Source of the DNA: Fidelibacterota bacterium | Lineage (GTDB): Bacteria > Fidelibacterota > Marinisomatia > Marinisomatales > JABMOV01 | Assembly (NCBI GenBank): GCA_046861395.1 | Contig: JBHHUC010000006.1 | Span: 1-59,283, forward strand | Direction: 5' to 3' | DNA length: 59,283 nt | Shown here: one piece after another, positions 50,536-59,283 of the stretch | How positions within the stretch are numbered: the stretch's first letter is position 1 | How the letters are laid out: every line of letters begins with the position of its first letter | Made by a program: the position numbers and the translations under genes | The notes under the pieces: model-generated | Databases searched by the model: none | What the model saw: the letters and a program-made list of their open reading frames with translations, nothing else | Told to the model about the DNA's origin: nothing

Positions 50536-51441
50536 TTACATACCAAAATACAGCATGGTACGAATGGAAATTCCCTGCAGGGTGGCTTCCGGTGAATCGC
50601 TGATGGGAACCCGGTCGTTCAGGTACCATTTTCCGGCGCCGATGGTTCCCTTATGAAACCCGACGCTGATACGCAGTCCCATGCGATCAATAATCTGCCA
50701 TTTAATTGCCAGATAGGGCTGGAAATTGAAGAAGGTTCCCCCGATGGTGGTATATTGCGAAGACAGGGCTCCCGATGTGAGTCCACCGCTCTGAACTGCG
50801 GGAAGCTGAGCCAGACTGTCAATTTCATAATACAGGGTACTGTCCTGAAAACTGCCGTAGACATTCTGGAAAGAATTGGACCAGATTGCCGTTCCCGAAT
50901 GTTGATAGGCGTGAATATTCAGCGTGCCGATTCCCATCATGGCACCGGTGGCGATTTCCACATCCCGAAACAGCGGCATGACGTATTCCAGGGTTACAGC
51001 ACCCAGGGCAAAGGACACCTTGGCTTCAATGGAAGGGGCATAGGCGCCGGTGTAAGCAATGGCTGTATCAACAATGGCAGGATTGGAGATAATAGTCGGC
51101 GGAGGTTGATAACCCGGAATACCATCACGGTTAAGAAAAAGCTGAACGGGTGGCACTGTGCTGATACGCGTAGCCCCGACACCGGTATACCCGCCGATCC
51201 GCCAGCGTCCGGCAATCTGGGTGAAACCCTCACCGCCCTGCAATACAAAAGGCATGGCGAACTGTTTGGGGTTTAACCCGATCTGTTTCAGCATGGAAGC
51301 GCCGGGGATCGAATCGAGTTGCATGAACATGGGACTGTAGCCGATTCCGCCGCCGATATATTCTTCGAAGGGGTAGTAATCACCTTGCGCCTGCAATGGC
51401 ACTATGAAAAAGAGTAGTATGGCAATGATAGTAGTCCGCAT
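50536..51441 (-). CDS. Secreted / putative outer-membrane beta-barrel protein of unknown function
   Basis: Signal peptide ending LQAQ; Gly/aromatic beta-strand patterning; ends LYFGM. Confidence 0.6.
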   Translation of the reverse strand: MRTTIIAILLFFIVPLQAQGDYYPFEEYIGGGIGYSPMFMQLDSIPGASMLKQIGLNPKQFAMPFVLQGGEGFTQIAGRWRIGGYTGVGATRISTVPPVQLFLNRDGIPGYQPPPTIISNPAIVDTAIAYTGAYAPSIEAKVSFALGAVTLEYVMPLFRDVEIATGAMMGIGTLNIHAYQHSGTAIWSNSFQNVYGSFQDSTLYYEIDSLAQLPAVQSGGLTSGALSSQYTTIGGTFFNFQPYLAIKWQIIDRMGLRISVGFHKGTIGAGKWYLNDRVPISDSPEATLQGISIRTMLYFGM

Positions 51442-51530
51442 CCTGCGCCTCGTTCACCTCCAGACAATTTATGATGGAGAAATAATAGGTCGGAAGTTAA
51501 ATATTCCAGGCCCCCGAATGGGGAGGAATC

Positions 51531-52277
51531 CTAGTCGGCGGTGATTGTCCGTAAAAATTTCCCTATCGTTTCTAGCGGGTCTTCCCCGTTTGCATCCAGC
51601 AGACGGATGACCTGGCTGCCCATGACCACAATGTCAGCCAGTCCGGTCAGAGCCGTAACCTGCTCCCGTGTGGATATGCCGAATCCTACTGCCAGAGGCA
51701 GGTCGGTAAAGCGTCTCACCCGGTTAAGATATTCGATGAATTCCTTGTGTTGGCTGTGGCGGTCGCCGGTCAGTCCCGTGTGAGAAACACAATAAATAAA
51801 GCCGCTGGCGACGGCGGCAATATGTTCCAGTCGTCGTTCCGGCGTCAAGGGTGACACAACTTGAATGGGATGAAGATGGTGTGCCTGACAGGCCGCCAGG
51901 AAATGATCATAAGGTTCTTCATGATAGGGAATATCCGGCACAATGAGTCCATAGGCCCCGACGGCGGCAGCCCGGCGGCAGAACTCCTCTACACCGAAAC
52001 GTAACACAATATTATAGTAGGTCATGAATAATAGGGGAATGGTGACCGATGGTTTTATCCGTGCCATCAGACCGAAACAAAGGTCCGGTGTCATTCCCTG
52101 GCGTAAGGCCGTTTCATTGGCCTGCATGATAACGGGTCCGTCGGCCACGGGATCGGAAAAAGGTATTTGAATTTCCACCATTGCGGCTCCGGCCTCGGCC
52201 ATGGTTTTCACCAATGCTTCGGAAGTCGCCAGGTCAGGATACCCGGCCATGATATGGGTCATGATTTTGAGTTTCAC
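51531..52277 (-). CDS. trpA: Tryptophan synthase alpha chain
   Basis: AGYPD, PFSDPVADGPVI, G.IVPD, VGFGIS; GTG start overlapping the trpB stop. Confidence 0.95.
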   Translation of the reverse strand: MKLKIMTHIMAGYPDLATSEALVKTMAEAGAAMVEIQIPFSDPVADGPVIMQANETALRQGMTPDLCFGLMARIKPSVTIPLLFMTYYNIVLRFGVEEFCRRAAAVGAYGLIVPDIPYHEEPYDHFLAACQAHHLHPIQVVSPLTPERRLEHIAAVASGFIYCVSHTGLTGDRHSQHKEFIEYLNRVRRFTDLPLAVGFGISTREQVTALTGLADIVVMGSQVIRLLDANGEDPLETIGKFLRTITAD

Positions 52278-53530
52278 GGATCGGTTTCCAAATAGGATTT
52301 CAGGTAGTCCCGGAAAGAATTGCGGTCGAAATGTTGTGCAACAATGAACAGATCCTTGTCTCCGCGGCCGGAACAATTGAATATAATACTCTGCGCGGCG
52401 TCCATCCCGGGGGTCCGTTTGATGACTTCTGCCAGGGCATGCAGTGATTCCAGGGCGGCGAAAATTCCTTCCGTCCGGGCCAGGAGCTCATAAGCGGACA
52501 GAACTTCTTTATCGGTGGCATAGGAGGTCTGGAGTCGGCCCGTTTCGTTCAGATAGGCCAACTGGGGACCCACTCCGGAATAATCCAATCCGGCGGAAAT
52601 GCTGTGGGTCTGTGAAATTTGTCCCTGATTATCCTGCAGAAAGAGCGATTTATACCCCTCAACGACACCGACTGTACCGGCCTGGAACCGGGCGGCATGA
52701 TGAAAGCGGTCGGGTGTTCCCGTCAGTCCCCGACCTCCGGCTTCCACCCCGACCAGTGTAATATCGGGTTCGTCCAAAAAAGCATGAAACAGCCCCATGG
52801 CATTACTGCCGCCGCCGACACAGGCCACCAGACAATCCGGCAGGGTTCCCGTTCGTTGCTTGAATTGCCGCCGGGTTTCTTTCCCTACAACGCTCTGAAA
52901 CCAGGTATTCATGACAGGATAGGGATGGGGACCGCAGACGGTTCCCAATAAATAGTGGGTTTCCACCGGATTCCGGATCAAATCGCGCAAAGCCTCATTG
53001 ATGGCGTCCCGCAGGATTTGTCCCCCGGAGGTTACCGGGACAACCGTTGCTCCCAGCTGTTCCATCCAGAAAACATTGGGTCGCTGCCGGGCGTAATCCT
53101 TGGCGCCCATATAGATGGTGCAATCCAGTCCCAGACGGGCGGCTACGGTGGCCGTAGCGAGTCCGTGCTGTCCGGCTCCCGTTTCGGCGATGATTCGTTT
53201 TTTCCCCATTTGCCGGGCCAGGAGTCCCTGACCAAGGCAATGGTTCATTTTATGTGCTCCGGTGTGATTCAAGCCTTCGTTCTTCAGGTAAATCCGGGCG
53301 CCGCCCAGTTCCTGTGTCAGGTTTTCACAAAAGACCAGCGGTGTAGGCCGTCCGGCGTAATGACGGTAGAGATCATTCAGATTCTTTTTGAACTGACGGT
53401 CACGGATTGCCCGATAAAAAGCAGCTTCCAGTTCTTCCATAACGGGAGTGAGCATTTCCGGCGTGTAGCGGCCACCGTAGGCACCAAAATGCCCGCTACG
53501 ATTCAGGATATATCGTCGTAATGATTTCAT
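52274..53530 (-). CDS. trpB: Tryptophan synthase beta chain
   Basis: HTGAHK, AETGAGQHG, GGGSNA, SISAGLDY, SGRGDKD. Confidence 0.98.
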   Translation of the reverse strand: MKSLRRYILNRSGHFGAYGGRYTPEMLTPVMEELEAAFYRAIRDRQFKKNLNDLYRHYAGRPTPLVFCENLTQELGGARIYLKNEGLNHTGAHKMNHCLGQGLLARQMGKKRIIAETGAGQHGLATATVAARLGLDCTIYMGAKDYARQRPNVFWMEQLGATVVPVTSGGQILRDAINEALRDLIRNPVETHYLLGTVCGPHPYPVMNTWFQSVVGKETRRQFKQRTGTLPDCLVACVGGGSNAMGLFHAFLDEPDITLVGVEAGGRGLTGTPDRFHHAARFQAGTVGVVEGYKSLFLQDNQGQISQTHSISAGLDYSGVGPQLAYLNETGRLQTSYATDKEVLSAYELLARTEGIFAALESLHALAEVIKRTPGMDAAQSIIFNCSGRGDKDLFIVAQHFDRNSFRDYLKSYLETDP

Positions 53531-54519
53531 GCCGGCATCATTCCGGCCAGCAGTTGGGAAAACTGATCCAGCGTTAACGATTGCCGGCCGTCCGATAAGG
53601 CTTCGGCCGGTTGGGGGTGAACTTCTACGATAAGACCGTCGGCTCCGGCGGCCAGAGCGGCTTTGCTCAAAGGCAGAATCAGGTCCGATCGTCCGGCCGC
53701 GTGACTGGGGTCGGCAATGATGGGTAGATGGGACTCCTGTTTTATCAGGGCCAGGGTATTGAGATCGAGAATATTGCGGGTGGATGTTTCAAAGGTTCGG
53801 ATTCCCCGTTCACACAGGACAACCTGATCATTTCCCTGGTTCAGAATATATTCGGCAGCCAGCAGAAATTCCTCCATGGTAGCCGACAATCCCCGTTTAA
53901 GCAAAACAGGTTTATTCAGCGTGGCTACGTGTTGCAGCAAATCGAAATTCTGCATGTTTCGGGCGCCGATTTGCACCATATCCACCAACCGGGCAAATTG
54001 ATCCAGATCGGCAATGGACAGAATTTCACTGACGACCGGTAACCGGCATTCGTCACCGACCTGACGCAGGATGCGCAATCCTTCTTCTTTCAGGCCCTGA
54101 AACGAATAGGGCGAGGAGCGGGGTTTGTAGGCTCCGCCCCGCAGCATGTGCACCCCGGCTGCGTCCAGTCCACGGGCCGCGCGCTGAAGTTGATCATAAG
54201 ATTCGACGGCGCAGGGACCGGCAATGATGACGGGGCGGTCTTTGCCGATAGTAACCTGATCGCCGACGTTAACCAGGGTGTTTTCCGTTTTGAATTCCCG
54301 GCTGACTCGTTTGTACGGTTTGGTAATATGAATGATTTCCTTGACACCCGGAAGATGGAGTAAACGGTCTTCGTCGATATAGCCCCGGTTGCCGATTACA
54401 CCCACCGTTGTGCGGGTGGAGCCGGGCATGGACAGGGCCTGAAGTCCCAGCGATTCAATTTTTTCCATGACCTGCCGAACCTCACGATCCGTGGCCGTAT
54501 TGTGCATTATCACGAGCAT
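53527..54519 (-). CDS. aroF: DAHP synthase type I-beta with N-terminal regulatory domain
   Basis: IAGPCAVES, RGGAYKPRSSPYSFQG, GARNMQNF, ERGIRTFE, DPSH. Confidence 0.95.
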   Translation of the reverse strand: MLVIMHNTATDREVRQVMEKIESLGLQALSMPGSTRTTVGVIGNRGYIDEDRLLHLPGVKEIIHITKPYKRVSREFKTENTLVNVGDQVTIGKDRPVIIAGPCAVESYDQLQRAARGLDAAGVHMLRGGAYKPRSSPYSFQGLKEEGLRILRQVGDECRLPVVSEILSIADLDQFARLVDMVQIGARNMQNFDLLQHVATLNKPVLLKRGLSATMEEFLLAAEYILNQGNDQVVLCERGIRTFETSTRNILDLNTLALIKQESHLPIIADPSHAAGRSDLILPLSKAALAAGADGLIVEVHPQPAEALSDGRQSLTLDQFSQLLAGMMPA

Positions 54520-55106
54520 AGAATGGTTACCATTTCCTGTATTTTATTGCAGTCAATTTCTCCTCCTGTTTCCACGCCGCTGGCGACATCAATCCCCAGG
54601 GGAGCGGTTTGCCGAATGGCTTCCCGTACATTGTCCGGCGTAAGACCACCGGCCAGCAGAAAGGGCAGGTGTAATTCGGGAATATGAGTCCAGTCAAAGC
54701 TCTGGCCGCTACCAGGTCGGTGTCCGTCCAGAATGAAAAAGGCAATATTCTCTGTCCGGTATTCGCGGTGGGACGCTCTTTCCCCGGCCGGGGCAGTCAC
54801 CGTTTTAATCACAGGCCGGCAACAGGCACCGATTTCTTCGTCTGATTCCTCTCCGGATAACTGGATATAATCCAAATTCAACCGGGTGGCCGTTTCATTG
54901 ACAAATGCCAGCGGTTGATTTTGAAAAACACCCACGGTCGGTATCGGTGGCAGATTATCCAGGATACGCCGGGCCACAGTCCGAGAAACTGAACGGCGGC
55001 TGGCGGGAACAAAATTGAGTCCGATATAGTCCACGCCAAGACGCACACAACATTCCGCTTCTTCCCGTTTTCGGATTCCGCAGATTTTTAACTGCCAACG
55101 CTTCAT
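54510..55106 (-). CDS. trpF: Phosphoribosylanthranilate isomerase
   Basis: KICGI, GSGQSFDW, LAGGLTPDNV, DVASGVE. Confidence 0.95.
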   Translation of the reverse strand: MKRWQLKICGIRKREEAECCVRLGVDYIGLNFVPASRRSVSRTVARRILDNLPPIPTVGVFQNQPLAFVNETATRLNLDYIQLSGEESDEEIGACCRPVIKTVTAPAGERASHREYRTENIAFFILDGHRPGSGQSFDWTHIPELHLPFLLAGGLTPDNVREAIRQTAPLGIDVASGVETGGEIDCNKIQEMVTILCS

Positions 55107-56824
55107 CCCAGCAAGGTCCGAAGGGCTGCTTTCTTATCATCACTTTGCATCAGAGCCGTACCGACCAGAACAGCCTGAACCGTGGCCGGCAACTGGTCCA
55201 GGTCCCGACGGGAAGCAATTCCGCTTTCGGAAACGATGATACGATCGGCAGGGATTAGGGGCGCCAGGTCCACGGTGGTGGTTACATCCACGTCAAACGT
55301 GTGGAGATTCCGGTTGTTGATACCAATGATCCGGACCGGGGTAGTCAGGACTTTTTCCAATTCCCGGGCCGTATGCACTTCACACAGGACATCCATGCCC
55401 AGGGCGGTGGCGATTTGGCTGAATTCCACGATTTGTTCCCGGCTCAATAAGGCGGCAATGAGAAGAATGGCATCGGCACCGTAAAAGCGGGCCGCATAAA
55501 CCTGATAAGAATCAATAATGAAATCCTTGCACAATATTGGCACCCGGGTCGTGTTATTCCGTACCGCTCGCAGATCTTCCGGATGTCCGCCGAAGAAGGT
55601 TGAATCCGTGAGGACGGACACGGCCGCCGCTCCGGCAGATTCATAGTCACGCGCGATGCGATCAGGGCGAAAATTACCGGTGGCGATCATACCGGCACTG
55701 GGAGAAGCTTTCTTGATTTCAGCAATGATGGTCCGGGAAGCTCCCATCAGCGCCGAGGCAAAATCCCGATCCGATTTTCTTATGTGTTCCCGGATATAAT
55801 CCAGGGGCATATCCTGTCTTTGCTTTTGGATTTCCTGTTCCTTGACACTGCGAATTTTCAGTAAAATGCTGGGCATGTGTGAAATACGGCGAACCTGTTC
55901 GGCTTTTGCCATGGCGGCCCCGCTTTCCAGAAATGATAAGGCCTGATCATATCCTGTTTTTACATCGGAAACCCGTTCCGTCAGATACAAGGCCAAAGCG
56001 ACATTTACCAGAACCAGGTCCGTGTGTCGTCCGGGATATTTGCCGCTGAGGATCTTTTCCGCCAGTCGCAGGTTGGAATCCCGGTCGCCGCCGGAAATAT
56101 CATCGAAACGGGCGGGGGTGAGGCCGAAATCTTCCGGCCGGAGGGTGAAGGTGGATATGGTTCCGTCCCGCAATTCCACCACAGTCGTTTCACCGCTGAT
56201 GGTCACTTCATCCAGACCATCTTCGCCGCGTACAACCAGCACCCGTTCCTTGCCTAATTCCTGGCATACGTCAGCGATCAACTGCATTTTATCGGCAAAG
56301 GCGGTGCCGATGATCTGCCGCGTTACATCGGCAGGGCTGATAAGGGGGCCCAGGATGTTGAAGAAGGTCGGTTTTCCGATGGCCTTGCGAACGGGAGCGA
56401 AATGCTTCATCACAGGATGGTAAAAAGGCGCGAAAAGAAAAGCCAGGTTGGTGGCATAAAATCCAGCCTTGACAATATCCGGCTGGTCGGAAAATACAAT
56501 ATCCATGGCTTCCAGCAGGTCAAAGCTGCCGAACCGTCCGCTGGCGGCCCGGTTCCCGTGTTTGGCGATGGGGATATCCATTGTTGCCAGAATAAATGCG
56601 GCCAGGGTCGACGTATTGATGCGGGCCAGTCCCGAACCACCGGTACCACAGACATCTATGGCATCGGGAAAGGAAAACCGGACCGGTCGCCGCTCCTGGA
56701 GAAAACGCACGGCAGCCACCACTTCCGCCACAGCGATATCATCTTTTTGCCGGAGATAGGCCTCCTGGTCCGCCAGCGAAAGATCACCGGAAATGGTGGC
56801 GGTCAGAAATTGGGTTATAGTCAT
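55103..56824 (-). CDS. trpDC: Fused anthranilate phosphoribosyltransferase / indole-3-glycerol-phosphate synthase (TrpD-TrpC)
   Basis: N-half DVCGTGG, KHGNR, GLDE; C-half IAEIKKASPS, SVLTD, KDFI, GINNRNL, SESGI. Confidence 0.93.
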   Translation of the reverse strand: MTITQFLTATISGDLSLADQEAYLRQKDDIAVAEVVAAVRFLQERRPVRFSFPDAIDVCGTGGSGLARINTSTLAAFILATMDIPIAKHGNRAASGRFGSFDLLEAMDIVFSDQPDIVKAGFYATNLAFLFAPFYHPVMKHFAPVRKAIGKPTFFNILGPLISPADVTRQIIGTAFADKMQLIADVCQELGKERVLVVRGEDGLDEVTISGETTVVELRDGTISTFTLRPEDFGLTPARFDDISGGDRDSNLRLAEKILSGKYPGRHTDLVLVNVALALYLTERVSDVKTGYDQALSFLESGAAMAKAEQVRRISHMPSILLKIRSVKEQEIQKQRQDMPLDYIREHIRKSDRDFASALMGASRTIIAEIKKASPSAGMIATGNFRPDRIARDYESAGAAAVSVLTDSTFFGGHPEDLRAVRNNTTRVPILCKDFIIDSYQVYAARFYGADAILLIAALLSREQIVEFSQIATALGMDVLCEVHTARELEKVLTTPVRIIGINNRNLHTFDVDVTTTVDLAPLIPADRIIVSESGIASRRDLDQLPATVQAVLVGTALMQSDDKKAALRTLLG

Positions 56825-57399
56825 AGGACGTACTCGTTCAACAGGTTGGAAATAATGGTCAAACCGTTATTATTGCGCATGGTCAGGACGGATTCGGGGT
56901 GAAACTGCACGGCCTCTACCGGTAATGTCCGATGCCGGATACCCATGACCAGATCATCATGGGTAGCGCTGACGGAAAAACAGGCCGGGACGACATCCGC
57001 GACCAGGGAATGATAACGGCCGGCTTTGAAATCCTGGGGAAGGGTGGTAAAAATGGTTTTTTCATCGTGACGGATGGCAGACGCCCGTCCGTGAACCGGT
57101 TCGATATATTGCAGCGATCCGCCAAACAATTCGATGAGGGCTTCCTGCCCCAGACATACCCCGAATACCGGGAATTTCGTAATTATTTTTTCAAGAACAG
57201 GCATCAGGTTTCCAGCCCGGCTCGGGATGGATGGACCCGGCGAGATTACCACCAGATCAGGATTGGCGGCCAGCACCCGGTCGGCGGAAACCGTATTGCG
57301 GTACACCAGTACACGGCAGTTCAATTGCTCAAAACAATCCACGAGATTGAAGGTGAAGGAATCGAAATTGTCGATCAGAAAAATGGTGGGTTGGGTCAT
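56821..57399 (-). CDS. trpG: Anthranilate synthase component II
   Basis: IDNFDSFTFNL, SPGP, GVCLG, RYHSL, QFHPES. Confidence 0.96.
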   Translation of the reverse strand: MTQPTIFLIDNFDSFTFNLVDCFEQLNCRVLVYRNTVSADRVLAANPDLVVISPGPSIPSRAGNLMPVLEKIITKFPVFGVCLGQEALIELFGGSLQYIEPVHGRASAIRHDEKTIFTTLPQDFKAGRYHSLVADVVPACFSVSATHDDLVMGIRHRTLPVEAVQFHPESVLTMRNNNGLTIISNLLNEYVL

Positions 57400-58901
57400 G
57401 AGGCGTTGATGACGTCCAGAAAGGCCTGGGCTTTGTGTATAGTTTCCTGATATTCTTTTTCCGGCACGGAGTCGTAAAGCAAAGTAGCTCCGGCCTGGAA
57501 GGTCAGCGTGTTTTTCCGGATGTGGGCCGTCCGGATAATGATGCTCGTGTCCATATCACCGGAAAAAGTGAGATAACCGATACTGCCGCCATAATAACCC
57601 CGCCTTTCCGTTTCATGTTGTTCGATGGCTGTCATGGCTGCCACTTTGGGGGCTCCGGTCAGGGTACCGGCATTCACGCAGGAAATCAGGGCATCCAGCG
57701 CCGTGTAGCCCGGTTTCAGTTCACCGGAAAGATGGGCGACGGTGTGCATGACCCGGGAATATTTTTCCACGAAACGATAATCCTGAATTTTCAGGCCGGG
57801 TTGACAGATGCGACTGAGATCATTGCGCCCCAGATCGATCAGCATATCCAATTCGGCCCGTTCCTTGGGGTGGGACAGGAGTTCCAGCATGTTTTCATGG
57901 TCTTCCACCGGATCCTGTCCCCGGGGAATAGTACCTGAAATCGGACGTAAATGGACCGTATTGTTTTCCACCCGGACCATCATTTCCGGTGATGCGCCCA
58001 CCAGAGAATCAGAGCCGAAGTCCTGGTAAAACAGATAGGGGGAGGGGTTCAGATCACGGTAACGCAGGTAGAGGCTGTAAGGATCGCCCTGAAAATCGGC
58101 CGTGAGTTTGTTGGCGAAAACAACTTCGAATAATTCTCCTTTGCGGGCATATTCCCGAGCTATATGGACCAGATTCGTGTATTCGTCGGGACTGAGGGCG
58201 AACGATGCATTGGTGACCGTATGGGTGGCTTCCGGGATAGTTTTCCGGTTCAGTGCCGTTTCAATAGTGGAAACGGCTTCCTGAATGGCATTGACTTTTT
58301 CCCGGTAGGTAATGATTTCGGCCCGTTCCTTCAAATGGTCAAAGTAAATGAATGTATCGTAGAGAAAGAGCTGAAAATCGGGGATGTCATTCGCTGGCAG
58401 GTGTTCGGGAAAATCTTCAAAAAGTCGGATAAAGTCATAACCGAAAGCGCCATACAATCCCAGGAAAGTTCGCTCTTCAATTTTGTTATTTTGAATCAGA
58501 AGGCGAATAATACGGGCGATATTATTTCGCCGTGAACGTTCCGTTTCTTCAGTGAGTTTTCGTTCTACGGGAATGATACCCGTCAGAACCGTTTCCTTTC
58601 GTTCCAGAGACGTGCAGATTGCCAGATCGTCGGAACTGAGACGGTCCAGATATATTTGTCCCCGGCGGTCCAGGACTTCAATCCGAAAGGTATCATCCTT
58701 ACCGGTCAGCTTCAGGATGGGATCTATCCCGATGAGGCTGAGGCGGCCATAGGCGGCGGACACATCTTTTGATTCGAATAAAAATTTATAGGTGTGATGG
58801 CGGTACAGACGGGAAAAGATATCATGTACGGCGCGGTAGGCAATGTCCCGGCGGCCTTCGATCAACCGCTCGCTGATGTCGGTAAAATGGATCATAGTCA
58901 A
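57396..58901 (-). CDS. trpE: Anthranilate synthase component I
   Basis: NPSPY, GASPE, DLGRND, YSRVMH, GTLTGAPK, RGYYGG. Confidence 0.95.
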   Translation of the reverse strand: MTMIHFTDISERLIEGRRDIAYRAVHDIFSRLYRHHTYKFLFESKDVSAAYGRLSLIGIDPILKLTGKDDTFRIEVLDRRGQIYLDRLSSDDLAICTSLERKETVLTGIIPVERKLTEETERSRRNNIARIIRLLIQNNKIEERTFLGLYGAFGYDFIRLFEDFPEHLPANDIPDFQLFLYDTFIYFDHLKERAEIITYREKVNAIQEAVSTIETALNRKTIPEATHTVTNASFALSPDEYTNLVHIAREYARKGELFEVVFANKLTADFQGDPYSLYLRYRDLNPSPYLFYQDFGSDSLVGASPEMMVRVENNTVHLRPISGTIPRGQDPVEDHENMLELLSHPKERAELDMLIDLGRNDLSRICQPGLKIQDYRFVEKYSRVMHTVAHLSGELKPGYTALDALISCVNAGTLTGAPKVAAMTAIEQHETERRGYYGGSIGYLTFSGDMDTSIIIRTAHIRKNTLTFQAGATLLYDSVPEKEYQETIHKAQAFLDVINAS

Positions 58902-59191
58902 TCGGAGGCGGACTCAATGCGCTTTAATATTTCCTGGAACCCGGGACGGCCGTACTTCAATTCCCGGGAGCCGCGGGTGACGGTGGCGATGCTTACATTC
59001 AGGCGTTCGGCAATTTCCCGCTGCGGTAAGCCGTGCTCGATGAGTTTGACAATCTGCAATCGGCGGGTGATCTCCTCCAGCTCATAAGGGGTGAGAATAT
59101 TGGAAAGGAAATCCTGCGCCAGTTCCGGTGTATCGATTGCAATCAGGGCCTGACATAGTTGTTGCATGTAATGATCCGTTTGTGTATTCAT
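58898..59191 (-). CDS. trpR: Trp repressor family protein
   Basis: LTPYE..RRLQIV, QREIA..L.VSIATVTRGSRELK HTH; first gene of the trp operon. Confidence 0.88.
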   Translation of the reverse strand: MNTQTDHYMQQLCQALIAIDTPELAQDFLSNILTPYELEEITRRLQIVKLIEHGLPQREIAERLNVSIATVTRGSRELKYGRPGFQEILKRIESASD

Positions 59192-59231
59192 AGCGTACTA
59201 ATATATTAGTATGTTAATATGTTTCATTCAA
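59191..59231 (-). promoter_or_regulatory. Putative trp promoter overlapped by a TrpR-type operator
   Basis: Perfect palindrome TACTAATATATTAGTA at 59196-59211; on the minus strand TTGAAT (59231-59226), 17 bp, TAATAT (59208-59203). Confidence 0.75.
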
Positions 59232-59283
59232 AGAAAACTTTTACAAAACCAAATTTAACGAGGGGGGAGTTCCTAAAATAACT

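Noticed and set aside
52278-52376. N-terminal extension of trpA into trpB
   Set aside because: A GTG start at 52277 overlapping the trpB stop fits the operon's coupling pattern.
1-59283. CRISPR array, IS element, integrase, prophage or defence system
   Set aside because: No regularly spaced repeats or matching protein motifs were seen by eye.

Overview
Mostly core chromosome from a Gram-negative bacterium. T9SS-type C-terminal domains, a PorV/PorQ-like gene, a Bacteroidetes-style sdhCAB and a type II glutamine synthetase suggest an FCB-group lineage such as Ca. Marinimicrobia (inference, no search run). The window opens with three tandem secreted proteins sharing a near-identical C-terminal sorting-domain DNA module; one of them is missing from the ORF track. 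Next come yqgE, uvrA, a divergent transketolase and a long housekeeping run (ruvB-queA-ispDFE-tRNA-Gln-prs-rplY-pth-hppA-rpsF-rpsR-rplI). These are followed by priA, a PorV/Q-like gene with an M1 pseudo-peptidase/beta-barrel gene, lrp-glnII, lipase/S9 peptidase/ferritin-like genes and marR-mutY-plsC. An SDR-acidic ORF and a TM-SPOR-like ORF join into one ~858 aa protein across an A10 run. The rest is HAD, FGGY kinase, MFS, sdhCAB, S41 protease with exbB-exbD-exbD-tonB, and a trpR-E-G-DC-F-aroF-B-A operon with a TrpR-type operator. No CRISPR array, transposase, integrase, phage gene or rRNA was seen. The best novelty leads are the slippage-joined SDR-SPOR protein, the shared CTD cassette, the pseudo-peptidase barrel and the TrpR-headed trp operon.
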